A stretch of DNA of 63,730 nucleotides, counting the filler, from Octopus bimaculoides (Eukaryota), in the NCBI RefSeq assembly GCF_001194135.2. It is 9 parts of 9 records of this genome, joined end to end, with 100 filler letters (N's around TTAATTAATTAA, not from the genome) between each part and the next. Parts side by side here need not be neighbours in the genome. Positions count along the whole stretch, not along the records: positions 51,704 to 56,092 come from NC_068989.1; positions 56,193 to 58,697 come from NW_026346624.1; positions 58,798 to 62,559 come from NC_068988.1; positions 62,660 to 63,730 come from NC_068986.1; 5 more parts are not named here. One strand, written 5' to 3'. The position numbers and the translations under genes are program-made. Of this stretch, positions 53,675 to 63,730 are shown one piece after another. Numbering within the stretch: the stretch's first letter is position 1; each line of letters begins with the position of its first letter. The notes under the pieces are model-generated. The model made no database searches. It was not told where the DNA came from and saw nothing but the letters and a program-made list of their open reading frames with translations.

Positions 53675-53716
53675 ACTACTGATGAGCCTGCAAGTGATAG
53701 GTGAAACTAGTCTAGT
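53675..53716 (+). ncRNA. Minimal type I hammerhead ribozyme, apparently intact
   Basis: acta-CTGATGA-GCCT-gcaagtgat-AGGT-GAA-ACTAGT-C-tagt. 4-bp stem I, 4-bp stem II (one G-U), palindromic stem III, GUC site. Confidence 0.8.
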
Positions 53717-53917
53717 CTAGGGATCCTAGAGACGCTCATAGTATGGTTATCTCCCCTGTCAGTGTATATATATTGCTTGCTTCTTACAGCATTAAGAGTT
53801 TTCACCTCTTATTTCTTGCAATATAGGTGTTTCAGCACCCTGAGTCACAATTAGTGGCAATGAAATCTTTCCTTTATGGCATTATACTGTGTCTAGTTGT
53901 TAATATATATATATATA

Positions 53918-54545
53918 TGCTAGCAGCTAAGCCCACTTTCACCCAGTCGGTTTGGACGATGTGGCTGTAAAACCTGTTCTATGTAAGCATTCGACTTGTT
54001 TGGGAACGCTTAAGTTAAAAAACAATTTCAGAATGACTTTCTTCTGTCAAAACGCTAAAAAAAAAACTGACCAACAACAAAATCAAGATTCAACCAAATC
54101 AAAAAATAAACCCAAATACTGAAAGAACAAAAATGACTCATCTCACTTCTATTGCGCGCGCACACGCACACACAAACACACATACACACACTCACACACA
54201 TTCACATACTCCCTTTTATATACACACACATATATTCACACAGAGTTGAAACGCTGTATGATTTTTTTTTCAGCATACAATTTTCATCATCCCACTAAGA
54301 AGTATGACATCACCCCTTCCTTATTCATCTATCACCCCTTCCTTTCTCATTCATAAACACAAGAATATTATTATAGTAGATTATCTCTGTAACTATGGGG
54401 GCTATGAAAAAAACAAAGCCCAGCATCACCACCGGATCATTCTACACACCTGTGTAAATTTTCACGCAATTCCACCCAGCCGTTTGACCGTGAATCCCAA
54501 AGCAAGAAAGAATCACCCATGTCAGATTTATCAGTCATTAGACTG
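53918..54545 (+). mobile_element. Possible non-autonomous Helitron/HINE-like element
   Basis: Starts (t)gctagcagctaagccc after (AT)n, has an internal CA-rich tract and an aattttcacgcaattccacccagccgtttgac subterminal segment; recognised by resemblance only. Confidence 0.4.
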
Positions 54546-54850
54546 CAGCCATGCGTGATCTCTAACTGAACTTGAAGGTTGTTCTACGTTGAGAGGATTT
54601 CTCGTGGTGTACAAAAGCACTTGTAATTACATCATTGACAGGCGGAACCGTCTGCTACGGCCGCTGAAACTGGAGACCGCGTGATTTCACACTACTATAA
54701 GCTTCTCAGTGACAGTTGTTCGGTGACAGATGTGATGCATTTACGGGTGCTTTTATGCACCAAGAATCCACATGAGAGATCCTCTCAAGGTAAATTACGC
54801 AGTATTTTGTGTTCTAACACAACTTCCACATTAAGTTAGAGAGCAAGATT

Positions 54851-55266
<416 letters not shown>

Positions 55267-55282
55267 TAGCCTATATATATAT

Positions 55283-55522
55283 GTATGCATGTCTCTGTGT
55301 CTGTGTTTGTCCTCACCACCTTATCACCGCTTAACAACTGGTGTTGGTGTGCTTGCGTCCTCATAATCTAGCGGTTTGGCAATACAGACCGACAGAATAA
55401 GTACTAGGCTTAAAAGAAAATAAGTCCTGAGACCGAATTGGTCGACTAAAACCCTTCAAGGCGGTCCGCCATCCTGGCCGCAGTCAAATGACTGAAACAA
55501 GTAAAGAATAAATGAAAAGAAT
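55283..55522 (+). mobile_element. SINE family A 3' half, inverted relative to the adjacent copy
   Basis: gtgtctgtgtttgtcc..ggtgttggtgtg..tagcggtttggcaa..gaataagtactaggctt..ggccgcagtcaaatgactgaaacaagtaa. Confidence 0.85.
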
Positions 55523-55689
55523 ATATGTTCAAGCGAACGTTCGTCTCTAGATGAAATTTTGCATACGAGCACGATTATGACTTTCAAGGGGAAAGACTTA
55601 AACTGCGAAACATTTCCTAAAACTTTCTATATTATTGTATACTAATAAACTCTATAAGACTGCTTTTATTACATTTGTTCAAATCACCA

Positions 55690-55870
55690 AAGAATCCTTC
55701 TCACTACATCGCTCTGATGCTTCCACTGTAATTCTGCTCATGATCAGAGATGCTCATATTGTCAGTCAATAAGGGACATGTTCAAGTAGTAAAAGTCATG
55801 CAACTGACAAGCAAATCTGTGATATTGAGCAGAATATTTGCTATAATGATATTTATGCTTCAATAACTCT
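55690..55870. repeat. Interspersed repeat family D (second copy 61878-62040)
   Basis: caactgacaagcaaatctgtg.tattgagcagaatatttgct shared at about 55802 and 61894. Confidence 0.7.
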
Positions 55871-56425
55871 GTGCTAAATTTGTCTGAAATGTAATGGAAA
55901 ATAGGCCAGTTTCAAAACATTGATGTCCAGGTCACAAAAGCAAAGTTTGGAGGGAATGGTAGTAATTTCCTTTGATTTCTAGATAGAAGCAAATCGGAAA
56001 TAACACTGACCAAAGACAAAGGGAATTAAAATTTTGTTACACAGTGTAATTGATACTGGAGAAATTTTCTATTTCATTTTCTCCTTCTTTTTNNNNNNNN
56101 NNNNNNNNNNNNNNNNNNNNNNNNNNNNNNNNNNNNTTAATTAATTAANNNNNNNNNNNNNNNNNNNNNNNNNNNNNNNNNNNNNNNNNNNNGCTAAAAA
56201 AAGTACAACGTCTGTTATCGCAAACCCTCTGGATCAGAATTGACCTCGTGCTAAATAAATACTTCTTTGGTTACAGGTCAGCTGGATCAGAGTTGGCCAG
56301 GGGTTAAACTACAACAACGTCTTTGATCACAGGTCTGTTGGATAGCAGTTGGCCTGGGGCTAAAGAGAAATGAAACAAAAAACAAAAAATAACAGCAACC
56401 GCGCACATGGACGCTTATAAACAGC

Positions 56426-56464
<39 letters not shown>

Positions 56465-56765
56465 GTTATCAAGCACACATGTCAATATATAGACACAGAG
56501 ATATATACACTCACTTATAGACGCATGCAGCATAACAACAACAATGACAACAATAACATTATAGGAGGGAATATCGTATACATCCATACACACACACATA
56601 CACGCACACACGTATGTATATATCAGCCGTTAGAAAAGTGCTCTCATGTGGCTAAGAGACAATGTGACTCCTATTTCTAGCAATTCTGGTGCTTACTGAC
56701 AGCATCCGTCATTTAAGTGACAACTGTACTTGCTGCCTTTCGGTTCAAAGTTGCGAATAGTCACC

Positions 56766-56825
<60 letters not shown>

Positions 56826-56828
56826 GTA

Positions 56829-57247
56829 TATAGGTGCAGTAGTGGCTGTGTGGTAAGTAGCTTGCTTAGCAACCACATAAAGATACATGATTCGGGGTTC
56901 AGTCCTACTGCGTGGCATCTTGGGCAAGTGTCTACTATAGCCTCCGGCTGACCAAAGTTTTGCGAGTGGATTTGGTAGACGGAAACTGGAAGAAGCCCGT
57001 CGTATACATATATATATGCACACATATTTGTGTTTGTGTGTGTATGTTTGTGTGTCTGTTTGTCCCCCCACTGTCGCTTGACAACCGATTTTGGTGTGTT
57101 TACGTCCCCGTAACTTAGTGGTTCGGCATAAGGACCGATAGAATAAGTACTAGGCTTACAAAGAATAAGTCCTGGGGTCGATTCGTTCAAGTAAAGGCGG
57201 TGCTCCAGCATGGCCGCTGTCAAATGACCGAAACAAATAAAAGAATA
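56829..57247 (+). mobile_element. SINE family A, full length, with 10-nt insertion in head
   Basis: tataggtgcagtagtggctgtgtggtaagtagcttgc...aaatgaccgaaacaaataaaagaata. Confidence 0.95.
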
Positions 57248-58300
57248 CATATATATATATATATATATGTACTTTTATTCTTGTATTATATATATGTGTG
57301 TGTATGTGTGTGTGTGTGCGCGCGTGTTTTGTGTGNNNNNNNNNNNNNNNNNNNNNNNNNNNNNNNNNNNNNNNNNNNNNNNNNNNNNNNNNNNNNNNNN
57401 NNNNNNNNNNNNNNNNNNNNNNNNNNNNNNNNNNNNNNNNNNNNNNNNNNNNNNNNNNNNNNNNNNNNNNNNNNNNNNNNNNNNNNNNNNNNNNNNNNNN
57501 NNNNNNNNNNNNNNNNNNNNNNNNNNNNNNNNNNNNNNNNNNNNNNNNNNNNNNNNNNNNNNNNNNNNNNNNNNNNNNNNNNNNNNNNNNNNNNNNNNNN
57601 NNNNNNNNNNNNNNNNNNNNNNNNNNNNNNNNNNNNNNNNNNNNNNNNNNNNNNNNNNNNNNNNNNNNNNNNNNNNNNNNNNNNNNNNNNNNNNNNNNNN
57701 NNNNNNNNNNNNNNNNNNNNNNNNNNNNNNNNNNNNNNNNNNNNNNNNNNNNNNNNNNNNNNNNNNNNNNNNNNNNNNNNNNNNNNNNNNNNNNNNNNNN
57801 NNNNNNNNNNNNNNNNNNNNNNNNNNNNNNNNNNNNNNNNNNNNNNNNNNNNNNNNNNNNNNNNNNNNNNNNNNNNNNNNNNNNNNNNNNNNNNNNNNNN
57901 NNNNNNNNNNNNNNNNNNNNNNNNNNNNNNNNNNNNNNNNNNNNNNNNNNNNNNNNNNNNNNNNNNNNNNNNNNNNNNNNNNNNNNNNNNNNNNNNNNNN
58001 NNNNNNNNNNNNNNNNNNNNNNNNNNNNNNNNNNNNNNNNNNNNNNNNNNNNNNNNNNNNNNNNNNNNNNNNNNNNNNNNNNNNNNNNNNNNNNNNNNNN
58101 NNNNNNNNNNNNNNNNNNNNNNNNNNNNNNNNNNNNNNNNNNNNNNNNNNNNNNNNNNNNNNNNNNNNNNNNNNNNNNNNNNNNNNNNNNNNNNNNNNNN
58201 NNNNNNNNNNNNNNNNNNNNNNNNNNNNNNNNNNNNNNNNNNNNNNNNNNNNNNNNNNNNNNNNNNNNNNNNNNNNNNNNNNNNNNNNNNNNNNNNNNNN

Positions 58301-58347
<47 letters not shown>

Positions 58348-58597
58348 AACACATACATATATATTCGTGTACTAACATGAACACACTCAACGACAAAAAC
58401 ATACGCGTGTACAAACACATACACACACGCTCGCGCGCAGGCACTCCCTTAATAGCGGATGTAGCGATAGCATATCATTCACACACGCTTACACGGTCAT
58501 ACATATAAATGCACGCACACAATTTGGTGCACATAGATACGCTCACACACACACAAACACACGCATCATATATACATATATACATATATACATATAT

Positions 58598-58697
58598 AAG
58601 GCGGTGAGTTGGCAGACACGTTAGTGTGCCGGGCGAAATGCTTAGCGGTATTTCGTCTGTCCTCGCGCTCTGAGTTCAAATTCCGCCGAGGTCGACT
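58598..58697 (+). mobile_element. SINE family B head (cut by gap)
   Basis: aaggcggtgagttggcagacacgttagtgtgccgggcgaaatgcttagcggtatttcgtc..ctgagttcaaattccgccgaggtcgact. Confidence 0.9.
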
Positions 58698-58841
58698 NNN
58701 NNNNNNNNNNNNNNNNNNNNNNNNNNNNNNNNNNNNNNNNNTTAATTAATTAANNNNNNNNNNNNNNNNNNNNNNNNNNNNNNNNNNNNNNNNNNNNCAT
58801 TATCATCATCATCATCATTTGACGTTCATTTTCGAATGTTT

Positions 58842-58902
<61 letters not shown>

Positions 58903-58912
58903 TGTATGTATG

Positions 58913-59033
58913 TACGACGGGTTTTTTTCAGTTTCCGTCAACCAAATTGACTCACAAGGCTTTGGTCGGACTGAACCCGGAACCATATGGTTGGGAAGCA
59001 AGCTTCTTACCACACAGCCACACCTGCGTCTAT
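58913..59033 (-). mobile_element. SINE family A 5' half with internal deletion
   Basis: ggctttggtcgg is joined directly to actgaacccgg; the central segment seen in other copies is missing. Confidence 0.85.
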
Positions 59034-59861
59034 ATATATGAAAATTTTTTAAAAATTATGGAAATTGCCGAACAAGTACCTTCACTTTACATATACTTTC
59101 TCCGAAAGATTTCCAGATGGTTATACAATACCCGTAATCTCAGCTGGTCAGACTTGGGAATCCTGCAAGAAAGTCTAATGACGGTTGCTTCCGCACGGAC
59201 CCTGTTGTGGAGGTGTCCTACAACTCTGCTCCCACGACCCTCCCTGGAATAATTGGCGGAGAAAGAAGATGAAGGTGAAGAAGATGGAGGAACGGAGACA
59301 GGGATGGAGGGAAGGGCGGGTTAGGATTGGACTGGATTAAATGATTAGTTAATTGATTAATTAAAATATCGCAAGTTATTTCTAACCAGCCAATCAGCTT
59401 TTGCCTTTGAATTTGAAAGATCCGAAAAGCATTTGGAGACCCCAAGTTCGTGGTACCCTAAGCAACCTCTTAGCCAATCTTGGCTTCGAGTGCGAGTCAA
59501 AACCGTGTTATACTTAAGTTTAAGTTGCTATTGTATGTTGATAAGATCGATAAATGTATAGCACAACGCCTCACTTACGCTGGTCTCTTAGGAATCATTT
59601 AGCTTTACGAAAATATGTTTTAAAAAATATATATATAGATAGATAGATAGATAGACAGATGGATACATACATACATACATACATACATACATACATACAT
59701 ACTTACATGCAAGCATGCATACACATGCATACACATACACATTGCAATGAATATTTCTTTGCGCATATTTTAGAGCAAACGAAAAAGAAAATCTGATATC
59801 GTTTGTAGATTGAAAGGAATTATATCAATAGAGGGAATTTGGTTTGGGGATGATATTGGTA

Positions 59862-59892
59862 AAGACGACGACGACGACGGTGGTGGTGGTGG

Positions 59893-59923
<31 letters not shown>

Positions 59924-60410
59924 GGCGGCGGTGGCGGCGTCGTAGGTGGAGGCGGCGTCNNNNNNNNNNNNNNNNNNNNNNNNNNNNNNNNNNNNNNNNN
60001 NNNNNNNNNNNNNNNNNNNNNNNNNNNNNNNNNNNNNNNNNNNNNNNNNNNNNNNNNNNNNNNNNNNNNNNNNNNNNNNNNNNNNNNNNNNNNNNNNNNN
60101 NNNNNNNNNNNNNNNNNNNNNNNNNNNNNNNNNNNNNNNNNNNNNNNNNNNNNNNNNNNNNNNNNNNNNNNNNNNNNNNNNNNNNNNNNNNNNNNNNNNN
60201 NNNNNNNNNNNNNNNNNNNNNNNNNNNNNNNNNNNNNNNNNNNNNNNNNNNNNNNNNNNNNNNNNNNNNNNNNNNNNNNNNNNNNNNNNNNNNNNNNNNN
60301 NNNNNNNNNNNNNNNNNNNNNNNNNNNNNNNNNNNNNNNNNNNNNNNNNNNNNCGGTGGAGGCGGCGGCGCGGTGGAGGCGGCGGCGCGGTGGAGGCGGC
60401 GGCGCGGTGG
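59862..60410. repeat. GC-rich (GGC)n / 17-bp (cggtggaggcggcggcg)n repeat spanning a gap
   Basis: Direct reading. Confidence 0.85.
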
Positions 60411-60804
60411 AGCCGGAAGGTTAATGGTGGGCTGTTCTGAAGGTGTTTGCAAGACGAAGAAGGCGAGTGGAAAACAGCGAAGTCATTAATCAGATCTGTG
60501 TCCTGCATTTTTCATATCCTGAAGCAAGATTCGTTAGCTTTACGGTCAATTAACTAAAAATTCCTCCCATACAGACACACACATATATATTACACAAACA
60601 TACACAACATACACATGCTCCCACGCACAAACACACACAACACACACAACACACATACACGCACACACACAGTCTAAGTGAAATATTAACGGCATCGATC
60701 ACAGAAGTCTCGGAGGGACCGACGTAGGTCATGGACATTGCCCTCTTAATCATAACAAGTTTATATACAAACACATACACACACACATACACACACACAC
60801 ACAT

Positions 60805-60843
<39 letters not shown>

Positions 60844-60853
60844 NNNNNNNNNN

Positions 60854-60909
<56 letters not shown>

Positions 60910-60971
60910 AATATACAAACATATATATGCATGTATACACATATATGCATGTATATATATATATGTGTGCG

Positions 60972-61028
<57 letters not shown>

Positions 61029-61060
61029 GTATGTATATACATGTGTGTGTGCAGATATAC

Positions 61061-61110
<50 letters not shown>

Positions 61111-62037
61111 CTATATATATACACTCACGCGCACAGTACACACATACACACAATACATAGGGACACATGCACACACAGACACACACACACACACACACGC
61201 GCATACACACACGTCTAAACACACATATGCATGCACATACGTGTGCCAAATCAACCTTGTTTGTTCGTGTCCTTCAATCTATTCTTATCTCTTGGTTTCT
61301 GAGTTTAACGAACGAGGCCGTAGTCCAGATCGACAAAAACTGGATTGACGATGTTTTCACCACGTCCCCCACCCTTTCTTGTCGCTGCTATTTNNNNNNN
61401 NNNNNNNNNNNNNNNNNNNNNNNNNNNNNNNNNNNNNNNNNNNNNNNNNNNNNNNNNNNNNNNNNNNNNNNNNNNNNNNNNNNNNNNNNNNNNNNNNNNN
61501 NNNNNNNNNNNNNNNNNNNNNNNNNNNNNNNNNNNNNNNNNNNNNNNNNNNNNNNNNNNNNNNNNNNNNNNNNNNNNNNNNNNNNNNNNNNNNNNNNNNN
61601 NNNNNNNNNNNNNNNNNNNNNNNNNNNNNNNNNNNNNNNNNNNNNNNNNNNNNNNNNNNNNNNNNNNNNNNNNNNNNNNNNNNNNNNNNNNNNNNNNNNN
61701 NNNNNNNNNNNNNNNNNNNNNNNNNNNNNNNNNNNNNNNNNNNNNNNNNNNNNNNNNNNNNNNNNNNNNNNNNNNNNNNNNNNNNNNNNNNNNNNNNNNN
61801 NNNNNNNNNNNNNNNNNNNNNNNNNNNNNNNNNNNNNNNNNNNNNNNNNNNNNNNNNNNNNNNNNNNNNNNNNNNNACTGGTTAAGGTCAAACAACTGAC
61901 AAGCAAATCTGTGGTATTGAGCAGAATATTTGCTGTAGCCCATCTTTTATACCAAGACAAAACAACGTACATGATAAAACTTCCAATCAGTTAAGATCAG
62001 AAGCCATGAGAGCCACTGCCTGGTACTGCATCTGGGC

Positions 62038-62095
<58 letters not shown>

Positions 62096-62295
62096 ATTAT
62101 TATTATTATTACCACCACTTTCATCGTTGTCTTCGTCGTGTTGTTGTCGTTATTGTTGTCACTATATTAATTGCATATCATTAATTGCAACCATTCATTA
62201 CACCCTCCATTACAGTAACTAATTTTTTTTTTTAAATATCAAACTTCAATCTTTGTTCATTATTTCAGTATCAATGTCATGATTTTATTTTACAG

Positions 62296-62498
62296 GTCTC
62301 TTTAATCGCGTCATTCAACAGAGCGGCACACCTCTTGCTCACTGGGCTGTGTCCAGTATGGGTGACAAATCCGACTTCTACGATGAATTGTACCTTCTGT
62401 CCGTCCATTGTGCAAAAAACACCACACATAACGTCAAGGCTTGTTTGAAGTCGATTGACACTGAAAAACTCAAGAAGATAATATTATACGAACTAAAG
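62296..62498 (+). CDS. Internal exon of a type-B carboxylesterase/cholinesterase-family gene (neuroligin-like intron position)
   Basis: Acceptor ttttattttacAG|, donor AAG|GTAAGT. The 203 nt (phase 1 to 0) read GLFNRVIQQSGTPLAHWAVSSMGDKSDFYDELYLLSVHCAKNTTHNVKACLKSIDTEKLKKIILYELK. GLF.R.I.QSG...WA and the downstream C...CL pair are hallmarks of the COesterase fold. Confidence 0.85.
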
Positions 62499-62521
62499 GT
62501 AAGTGTGTCTGTGCGTGGGGA

Positions 62522-62559
<38 letters not shown>

Positions 62560-62673
62560 NNNNNNNNNNNNNNNNNNNNNNNNNNNNNNNNNNNNNNNNN
62601 NNNTTAATTAATTAANNNNNNNNNNNNNNNNNNNNNNNNNNNNNNNNNNNNNNNNNNNNATATATATATATAT

Positions 62674-62706
<33 letters not shown>

Positions 62707-62707
62707 C

Positions 62708-62763
<56 letters not shown>

Positions 62764-63602
62764 ACATGTATATATGCATGTACGTATGTATACGTTTATA
62801 TAAAGATCTTACAGAGAATAAGAAAAGAAATAAAGAATAAGAATAAGAAGCTGCAAACGAATAAACTTCACAACACGCTTTGGGTACAATGGACGTACAC
62901 AGATACATATACACACTCACAAACATTTACATAGATAGCTATACGCATGTATTCATAATGAGCCAAGTAATTAATCAAAATTCTACCCTCAGTGAAGATA
63001 TTATTGCAATGCTGAAAATTAACCAAGACAAGAATTATGTCTGCTGCAAGGAACGAAATATTGACTGAAGGCTTAATATTAATTATCTGAGCTTTTAGCC
63101 AGCGTAGCGACAACTTCAGGCATGTTTCGGCCTCATTAGCCATCCTGAGAGAAGCTTTGTTAACTCGGTTGGTGATAAGAGAAACTTCGATGTTGAAGTA
63201 CACGAGGAGGCGTGACACCATTACACAATGACCGAGGGAAAATATCTAGAGACGTCATTTGCATAGAAAACAAATAGTTAAGTCAATGATAACATATTTA
63301 ACGTAGTGATCCGAAAAAGAAATACAAATTTATCAAAATGTTCCCTTTCACTGGGAGGGTGGGGTGGAGGGGGGAATATTTTTGCTAGTTTATCAATATC
63401 AATTCTTTTTTTCTTCCCCTTCATATATCTGTCTTTCTTCCTCTCTTTTTCATATCCCCCCTCTCTTTCTCAGTGACAGTCCCCTATCCCTCTACATCAC
63501 TTCTTTTTTTGCCAAGCAGGAACAAACATGACCTTATTAGACGGTGCTAATGTCTCGCAGTTCCTGACAAGATAATAGTCTAGCACTCTTCTCTCTTCAC
63601 TC

Positions 63603-63603
63603 T

Positions 63604-63647
<44 letters not shown>

Positions 63648-63675
63648 TCCTTCTTTCCTTCTTTCTTTCTTTCCT

Positions 63676-63719
<44 letters not shown>

Positions 63720-63730
63720 TTTTTCTTCTG
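63603..63730. repeat. (CTTT)n microsatellite
   Basis: Direct reading. Confidence 0.95.

Larger units (their letters stand above)
53346..53851. mobile_element. Non-coding fold-back element with hammerhead-bearing inverted arms (about 53346-53530 and 53665-53851)
   Basis: attgtgactgagggtgctgaagcacctatattgcacgaaataagag is the near reverse complement of ctcttatttcttgcaatataggtgtttcagcaccctgagtcacaat. Homology continues through an HHR in each arm; the spacer is about 135 nt. Confidence 0.8.

Noticed and set aside
63120-63145. Minus-strand CTAATGA-GGCC-GAAA-CATG hammerhead-like string
   Set aside because: Core G5 is mutated, stem II has no loop, and there is no UH site or stem I pairing

Overview
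AT-rich, microsatellite-saturated metazoan DNA with many N gaps. The SINE/LINE repertoire looks cephalopod (Octopus-like), which is an inference from pattern recognition rather than a database search. Almost all supplied ORFs are artefacts of simple repeats or N runs. Only one host coding exon is recognisable: 62296-62498 (+), a type-B carboxylesterase/neuroligin-like exon (GLFNRVIQQSGTPLAHWAV...) with clean AG/GT splice sites, so most of the window may be intronic or upstream of that gene. The rest is a retroelement graveyard: tRNA-head SINEs of at least two families, RTE, L1/Tx1 and R4/Dong-type LINE fragments, a MULE-like remnant and tRNA pseudogenes. The most interesting signal is a set of Penelope-like element (PLE) derivatives and minimal hammerhead ribozyme (HHR) motifs. 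These comprise two fold-back GIY-YIG PLE insertions (1126-2892, 46573-47871), each with a roughly 300-nt unique loop; in the second, both arms carry a tRNA-like Pol III A/B-box module, a microsatellite and an HHR. There is also a non-coding 0.5-kb fold-back element with an HHR in each arm (53346-53851), a tandem retrozyme-like locus with two HHRs (25.6-26.35 kb) and a solo CUGUUGA-variant HHR (32020-32056). All alignments and folds were done by eye, so boundaries are approximate.
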